Assembly (NCBI GenBank): GCA_002689445.1
Contig: NZGC01000084.1
Location: 8,723-72,722, forward strand
Direction of reading: 5' to 3'
From: Gammaproteobacteria bacterium
Lineage (GTDB): Bacteria; Pseudomonadota; Gammaproteobacteria; Pseudomonadales; Azotimanducaceae
Length of the DNA: 64,000 bases
A program made the position numbers and the translations under genes. The first letter of the stretch is position 1. Each line of letters starts with the position of its first letter. Positions 58,121 to 64,000 of this stretch are shown here, in pieces. The notes under the pieces were generated by a model. It did no database searches and was not told where the DNA came from. It saw only the letters and a list, made by a program, of their open reading frames with translations.

Positions 58121-59668
58121 CTAATCGAAAACAGCTTCTATCAAGCACGGGCCTTGAAGGCTCATGGCTGCTTGCATCTGCTGATTGAAAGCTTCGGCAT
58201 TATCTGCTCTGGTCGCCCTAACCCCCATACCTTCGGCGATCTTAACAAAGTCTAGATCCGGGTTACTTAGATCCAACATGTCCAGGGTCTGCTTGTTCAT
58301 CGACTGAGCCCCAACCCGCGCCAGTTCAACTTGTAAAATCTGGTACTTGCGATTTGCAAAAATGACAACGCAAACATCAAGCGACTCTCGTGCCATGGTC
58401 CAAAGTGATTGAATGGTATACATCGCTCCACCATCACCGTGGAGACAAATCACTTTACGGTCAGGGCAAGCGACTGCGGCACCAATCGCGACCGGCAGGC
58501 CGTATCCAATCGAACCACCCGTCAAGGATAACCAATCATGGGGTTCAGCGGTTCGCGTCATCGCAGGAAGAAAAGCACCGGAGGTTGCACTTTCATCAAC
58601 AACTATGGCATCGACCGGTAAGTAATGACCCACCGCACGCGCCATACTTTCAAGGGTCAAATCACCGTCCAAGAGATCCGGTTTTTCAAGTTTAATCCGC
58701 CTAGGCTTAATCTCTTGAGCCCCTAGCGCCGCGGCTAGACGCGACAGCGCGTCAATCGGATCCTGCTCCACCTCTGCAAGCGTATGCAGCCCACAGCCTT
58801 CAGGATAGAACTCGCTCGGTTTATCCGGATAAGCAAAAAATCCTACCGGCGGTTTCGTGCAGACCATGATCAGTTGTTCAACACCCTCTAGCTGCGCTGT
58901 TGCCTGCTCAGCAAAATAGCCGAGGCGCTCAATCTCGCACCGTCCTTCGCCTCGCGCCAGTTTGGGCGTGAACGTGTCACACATTAATGAGGCGCCGCTT
59001 GCTTGGGCGATTTGATCTGCTAACGCCAGAGCCTCCTCGGTTAATGCTCGATGCGACATGAGCAACATGGTTTTGCGACCGTTTTGCAACATGCGTACGG
59101 CCGATTCAATCGCTTCCTCAGGTGCCTGGCCATCAGCGACGAGGGGCAAAGCGGGGACTGCCTCACCCGATGCATTCCAAGCACAGTCAGCAGGTATGAT
59201 CAGGGTCGCTATTTGTCCGGGTTTGACCATGGCCGCCTGAACGGCTTCAGCGGCATCCTGAGGCAATTCATCGGCGCTGGCGACGGTTCTTACCCAGTGA
59301 GAGACTGGGTGCGATAGGCCAATCACGTCTGAGTTTAACGGCGCATCGTATTGCTTATGGTAGGTCGCATGATCGCCAATTAAATTGATCACTGGGGATC
59401 GTGCCTTGCGGGCATTATGCAGGTTGGCAGATGCGTTCGATAATCCTGGTCCTAGGTGCAACAGCGTAAGCGCCGGTTTATTCGCCATTCGAGCATAGCC
59501 ATCGGCAGCTCCAGAGCAAACACCTTCAAATAAGCTCAAAATAGAGCGCATCTTTGTGCTCTTTCCTATCGCCGCGACCATATGCATCTCGGAGGTTCCA
59601 GGATTCGAAAAACAGACTTCAACCCCGCCATTTATCAACGTTTCCAGCATGCTCTCAGCGCCATTCAT
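58121..59668 (-). CDS. Thiamine-pyrophosphate-dependent enzyme (acetolactate synthase large-subunit-like)
   Basis: 515 aa with an N-terminal Pyr domain 'GVEVCFSNPGTSE' and the TPP motif 'HGDGGAMYTIQSLWT...N'. Confidence 0.85.
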   Translation of the reverse strand: MNGAESMLETLINGGVEVCFSNPGTSEMHMVAAIGKSTKMRSILSLFEGVCSGAADGYARMANKPALTLLHLGPGLSNASANLHNARKARSPVINLIGDHATYHKQYDAPLNSDVIGLSHPVSHWVRTVASADELPQDAAEAVQAAMVKPGQIATLIIPADCAWNASGEAVPALPLVADGQAPEEAIESAVRMLQNGRKTMLLMSHRALTEEALALADQIAQASGASLMCDTFTPKLARGEGRCEIERLGYFAEQATAQLEGVEQLIMVCTKPPVGFFAYPDKPSEFYPEGCGLHTLAEVEQDPIDALSRLAAALGAQEIKPRRIKLEKPDLLDGDLTLESMARAVGHYLPVDAIVVDESATSGAFLPAMTRTAEPHDWLSLTGGSIGYGLPVAIGAAVACPDRKVICLHGDGGAMYTIQSLWTMARESLDVCVVIFANRKYQILQVELARVGAQSMNKQTLDMLDLSNPDLDFVKIAEGMGVRATRADNAEAFNQQMQAAMSLQGPCLIEAVFD

Positions 59669-59857
59669 ACCGCTTTACTCCTAACTGTTATCGACATTCT
59701 TATATGCTCTCTGGATGTCAAAGTCGACCCGGATTAACCCTTCCAATCTTTGATACCACTCGAGCAGCTCTCTGCCTTGGCCCATCCCCTCAATGCAGTG
59801 GATCGAGCCGCTGAGTCAGGATGTTGACCCGCTCACCACCCTGTCTTTATCCGCCCA

Positions 59858-61693
59858 CTAATTTTGCTCGTCCTGTGCATCATCGTAAACCAGCCGACCG
59901 CCGACCCAGGTCTGTTTAATCGCGATGTCTTGCAAGGCATTGGGTTCGCAAAGCATCGGATCCTCTGCCAAAACCACAAAATCAGCAAATTTACCCGGCA
60001 CCAACGAGCCAATCTCGTGATCTGAATGACACTGCCAGGCGGCATCGATGGTCATGGCCCGAAGGGCGCTCATCACAGAAACCGATTCCCAAGGAGCAAG
60101 TTGCTGCCCAGGCTCTTTCCAAAGTCCTCGGGTTACCGCATTTTCGATGCAACGTAGCGGGTTCATATTCGTGACAGGCTCATCGGAATGCAGTGTCCAA
60201 CGAATCCCTGCCTCTTCACAGGCTCTTGTACGATCCAGCAGCACAGCCTTGGCTTCACCAAACACCTTGTCTCGCATGGCATGCCCCCAATAATAGACGT
60301 GCCCAATCAGAAAACTGGGCGACAGACCTAGCGCTCGAATTCTCTCTATTTGTTCGTCGTGAAGAATACTGCAGTGTTCTATCCGACACGGCTCAACCAA
60401 CGATAAACCGCTCTCAACGGTTGCCTCAAAGGCATCTAAGACTCGATCAATGGCGAGATCACCATTGGCATGAATTACCAAGGGCCAACCTTGTGCCGTT
60501 CTTTCTTTCACCATTTCCGTCAATTGATCAGGCTCGACATACGCCAGTCCGGCATTATCCTGATATAAATAGGGTGAGCGCTGTAGACCTGAAAAGCCTT
60601 GGTTTGAACCATCTGAAACGATTTTCCAACCCGCGGCTCGCACCCATGCGTTGCCGCGCCCAAATGCCACCTCTGTCTCGTCCCAACGTTTGGCCAGCGC
60701 ATAACTTAAAGAATACCGTAATCGGACACTCATACGTTCCGAGGCAGCTAAGGCTTCGTAGATTTCGACTTCCTCAATCCCGCGAGTCATACCCGTGGCC
60801 TGGTCGCACATTGTGGTAATACCTTGCCGATTTGCCCGGGCACAGACCGCTAAAGCTCCCGCTGCAAGATCATGATTTCCTCGTCCCGGATTATGACGAG
60901 CCACAGTCCCAATCGCCCGATTACCCTTCAACACCCCATTGGGCGCTCCAGATGCATCACGGCCATAGGGTGAAGCTGGGTCATCCGGCGTATCAGCTGT
61001 GATACCGGCCGTATCAAGGGCTTTGGTATTGCAGTATGCAAAGTGGAGCGAGGCATTGTAGATCAGCACCGGGTGGGTTTGACTCACTGCATCCAACTGC
61101 TCCACGGTCAGTTCACTGGGCCCTTCTTGTAAAGAAGGATCAAACTGTCGAGCCAGCAGCCATTCATCAGGCTCAAGTTGAGCCGCCAAACACTTTAAGT
61201 GTGCCAAGGCATCTTCGGTCTTTGAAAAACGAAAGGGACCCACGTCTTCAAGTTGACCGATTGTCGCAATCGGTAAAAAGTGCATGTGCGGCTCGATAAA
61301 GCCCGGCAAAATGACGCCTCCGGCAGCGTCTATGATGGGTAAATCATTGCCATACTCGACGAGCAACTCATCACTCGCGCCCACCGCCAAGATTTTTCCG
61401 TCTCGTATTGCCAACGCTTCAGCAAAAGGACGGTCTTCATCCATCGTATAGACCTTGGCATTCAACCAAAGCGCTGTCTCTGAATCGGGCAACTTGGGAC
61501 CCCGAGTCGACCAATACCGAGTATCCGTCAACTGATCGCCGAATTCACTGATCGCTGCCATTGAAGCGGGGATGGTAGAACAGCAGGGGCAGCCATGATG
61601 ATCGGCTGACATCGAGGAGCCTGAGACATCAAGCTGCGCCTCAAAACTTGTCTCACTATCAAACAGCATGAAAATTCTCGACCTCATATCCAC
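59858..61693 (-). CDS. Amidohydrolase-3 family metal-dependent hydrolase (YtcJ-like)
   Basis: 'LPGFIEPHMHF' and 'IHANGD'. The homolog-like core begins near 'ALWLNAKVYTMDEDRP'. The roughly 70-aa upstream extension (GTG 61693) contains 'HHGCPCC', and the true start is uncertain. Confidence 0.8.
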   Translation of the reverse strand: MDMRSRIFMLFDSETSFEAQLDVSGSSMSADHHGCPCCSTIPASMAAISEFGDQLTDTRYWSTRGPKLPDSETALWLNAKVYTMDEDRPFAEALAIRDGKILAVGASDELLVEYGNDLPIIDAAGGVILPGFIEPHMHFLPIATIGQLEDVGPFRFSKTEDALAHLKCLAAQLEPDEWLLARQFDPSLQEGPSELTVEQLDAVSQTHPVLIYNASLHFAYCNTKALDTAGITADTPDDPASPYGRDASGAPNGVLKGNRAIGTVARHNPGRGNHDLAAGALAVCARANRQGITTMCDQATGMTRGIEEVEIYEALAASERMSVRLRYSLSYALAKRWDETEVAFGRGNAWVRAAGWKIVSDGSNQGFSGLQRSPYLYQDNAGLAYVEPDQLTEMVKERTAQGWPLVIHANGDLAIDRVLDAFEATVESGLSLVEPCRIEHCSILHDEQIERIRALGLSPSFLIGHVYYWGHAMRDKVFGEAKAVLLDRTRACEEAGIRWTLHSDEPVTNMNPLRCIENAVTRGLWKEPGQQLAPWESVSVMSALRAMTIDAAWQCHSDHEIGSLVPGKFADFVVLAEDPMLCEPNALQDIAIKQTWVGGRLVYDDAQDEQN

Positions 61694-61726
61694 TGGGAAA
61701 GCCCCTCATTGTGCTAAAGTTTGCGC

Positions 61727-63175
61727 ATGAGTGCACCCATAAGTTTTGACAATTCTTACAGCCGACTACCCGACGCTTTTTTTTCGCGTCAGTCACTTCA
61801 ACCGGTTTCAGACCCAGCGCTTATCCAAGTTAACCCGGATCTGGCTGCTACCCTTGAAATCGACGCAGACTGGCTGACATCGAATACTGCGATCGAGGCC
61901 TTTTCAGGAAACATAGCCTTGCCCGGGTCAGATCCCATCGCAACGGTCTATGCGGGATTTCAGTTCGGGAACTTTAACCCGCAGTTGGGAGATGGACGGG
62001 CCTTGCTGCTCGGTGAGGTGGTTACCAAGACTCAGCGCTACGATATCCAATTGAAAGGCTCTGGAGCGACCGCCTTCTCCAGAGGTGGTGACGGTCGCTC
62101 ACCGCTTGGCCCGGTACTACGCGAGTACCTCGTTTCAGAGGCAATGGCGGCTCTCGGTGTTCCCACGACCCGGAGCCTTGTTGCTATTGCCACCGGTGAC
62201 TCAGTTCAGCGAGAAGGCATTGAACCTGGAGGAATTCTCACTCGGGTCGCACAAAGTCATATTCGCTTCGGAACCTTTCAGTACTTTAGTGCAAGACAGG
62301 ATAATCAGAGTCTGCGACAGCTCGCAGACTATGTGATCACCCGACACTTTCCGCAGCTAAGCGCTCAGGCTAATCCTTATGAAGGGTTGCTTGAGACTGT
62401 GATCGACAACGTCGCTCGTTTGATCAGTCATTGGCAGTGTCTGGGCTTTATCCACGGCGTCATGAACACCGACAATATGCTGATCACCGGGGAAACCGTT
62501 GACTATGGCCCTTGCGCGTTTATGGATCGCTTCAAATATGACACGGTTTACAGCGCTATTGATCAAGGCGCCCGCTACGCTTTTCAGAATCAGCCCAGTA
62601 TTGCGCACTGGAACCTAATGACTTTCGCACAAGCACTGTTGCCACTCATCGACGATCAGCCTGATCAAGCCATTGCCATTGCAAAAGCTCGATTGGACGA
62701 ATTTCCCGACCGTTTCGATACTTATTGGCGTGCTCGCAGCGCTGCTAAGCTTGGATTGATGCCAAGCAAGATCAGCGCCCAGCTTTATTCCGAATTTCTA
62801 CAGCTGCTCGAGAACCATGGCCTGGACTTTACCCTCAGTTTTGCGGCCTTGAGAGAGGCTTTCTCAACGCCACCCACTTTTGGAAAGGACCCGGCTTGGC
62901 AAGACTGGTGGACACGATGGCGAGAAGAAATCGGAGCCACTTCCAGCCTAGAGCAAGCGCAGGCACGCATGACGAAAGCGAACCCCATCCTCATTCCTCG
63001 AAATCATCAAATCGAATTCGCGATTGCCGAAGCCTACGAAAATGGAACCTATGATCGATTCTCTGGTTTACTTGCTGCCGTTACTGACCCCTTTAATCCA
63101 GATCTTGCGAAGACGGCCTTCGCGTTGGCTCCAAAGCCCGATGAGATCGTCCGCAGAACCTTTTGTGGCACTTGA
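61727..63175 (+). CDS. selO: Protein adenylyltransferase SelO (YdiU)
   Basis: 'LGDGRA', 'DIQLKGSG.T.FSR.GDGR' and 'HGVMNTDNM'. ATG 61727 is preferred over TTG 61721. Confidence 0.9.
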   Translation: MSAPISFDNSYSRLPDAFFSRQSLQPVSDPALIQVNPDLAATLEIDADWLTSNTAIEAFSGNIALPGSDPIATVYAGFQFGNFNPQLGDGRALLLGEVVTKTQRYDIQLKGSGATAFSRGGDGRSPLGPVLREYLVSEAMAALGVPTTRSLVAIATGDSVQREGIEPGGILTRVAQSHIRFGTFQYFSARQDNQSLRQLADYVITRHFPQLSAQANPYEGLLETVIDNVARLISHWQCLGFIHGVMNTDNMLITGETVDYGPCAFMDRFKYDTVYSAIDQGARYAFQNQPSIAHWNLMTFAQALLPLIDDQPDQAIAIAKARLDEFPDRFDTYWRARSAAKLGLMPSKISAQLYSEFLQLLENHGLDFTLSFAALREAFSTPPTFGKDPAWQDWWTRWREEIGATSSLEQAQARMTKANPILIPRNHQIEFAIAEAYENGTYDRFSGLLAAVTDPFNPDLAKTAFALAPKPDEIVRRTFCGT

Positions 63176-63195
63176 ACGCAGCAGTAAGTCTCTGC

Positions 63196-64000
63196 CATGA
63201 AATCCAGCCCTCCTGACCGAATCGGCATTGACCTAGGCGGCACTAAAATAGAAGCCGTCAGACTTTCACCCACCGGCGAAATTCGCTACCGGCATCGCTG
63301 CGCGACTCCCCATGGGGATTATGACCGCATCATCGACGTGTTAACTGAAGTGGTTGAAATGGCTCAACTGAGTTTCCCCGATCTTGAGCCCGCAACGGTA
63401 GGCATCGGTGCGCCTGGAGCCCGGTCGCACAAAACAGGAATGATCAAAAATAGTAATACGACTGTGATTAACGGTAAGAATTTACCCGAAGATCTGGAGC
63501 AGGCCTGTGGGTATCCGATTCGTATTGCCAATGATGCAGACTGCTTTACCTTATCCGAAGCCATTGATGGCGCTGGCGCCGGCCAGGCTGTCGTATTCGG
63601 CGTTATTTTAGGCACAGGCGTTGGCGGAGGTATCTGTATCGATCAAAAGCTGACACCAGGTGTTAATTCGATAGCGGGAGAATGGGGGCACAACCCAATG
63701 CCACTCGATCGCCTTAACTCAGCGATCACACTTCCTCTGACTCGCGGTCGAGATTGCTACTGTGGCCAAAGAGATTGCATTGAAACCTGGCTATCCGGGC
63801 CTGGGGTGGCCGCCAGCTACGCCGAAATGACGGGAAAGAGCCTCACCGCAAAACAGATTTTCGATCCAGTAGGCCCCAAGGCAACTACCCAAATGGTATT
63901 CGACATCTATTGCGAGCTTGCCGCTCTCGCCTTATCCACAGTGATCAACGTCATCGACCCAGCTTGCATTGTCTTAGGCGGAGGCGTGTCTAACACCGAC
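63196..64000 (+). CDS. ROK-family sugar kinase (N-acetylglucosamine kinase / fructokinase-like), 3'-truncated by the window edge
   Basis: Absent from the ORF track because there is no stop in the window. My translation from ATG 63196 gives MKSSPPDRIGIDLGGTKIEAV...ANDADCF...GEWGHNP...CYCGQRDCIETWLSG, showing the ROK ATP-binding and zinc motifs. Confidence 0.8.

Noticed and set aside
60193-60819. 208-aa plus-strand ORF inside the YtcJ-like amidohydrolase gene
   Set aside because: It is antisense to a gene with clear metal-binding motifs and has Arg/Pro/Leu-rich sequence. It is a shadow ORF.

Overview
This 64-kb chromosomal window looks proteobacterial. Housekeeping genes such as ilvD, ilvC, htpX, dsbA, glpD and selO are mixed with a large redox and lipid-type catabolic gene set. 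I support about 55 protein-coding genes. I found no rRNA, tRNA, CRISPR array, transposase, integrase or recognisable defence system. I also recognised no classical DNA-binding transcription factor. The central feature is a complete coenzyme F420 biosynthesis locus at 12.3-18.1 kb, ordered fbiC-cofC-cofD and then cofE-npdG, with overlapping or abutting start and stop codons. Six luciferase-like (LLM) oxidoreductase paralogs surround it. Three of them head a co-directional run of genes that also encodes a FemAB-like/DUF482 protein, a crotonase, an SDR and an APH-type kinase. The rest of the window holds acyl-CoA dehydrogenases, an acyl-CoA ligase, a thiolase/DUF35 pair, hotdog thioesterases, two TauD/TfdA dioxygenases, amidohydrolases, a HiPIP, transporters and an MBL-fold protein fused to cNMP-binding domains. 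The most unusual unexplained sequence is non-coding. A 694-bp strand-asymmetric spacer lies between fbiC and the LLM genes and carries a 15-nt repeat array and dense GGA motifs. A graded 14-unit pentanucleotide microsatellite sits upstream of an SDR gene. A perfect 15-bp tandem duplication sits upstream of a second SDR-LLM pair. A 530-bp AT-rich gap contains a perfect DnaA-box palindrome. All functional calls come from reading motifs by eye, because no database search was possible.
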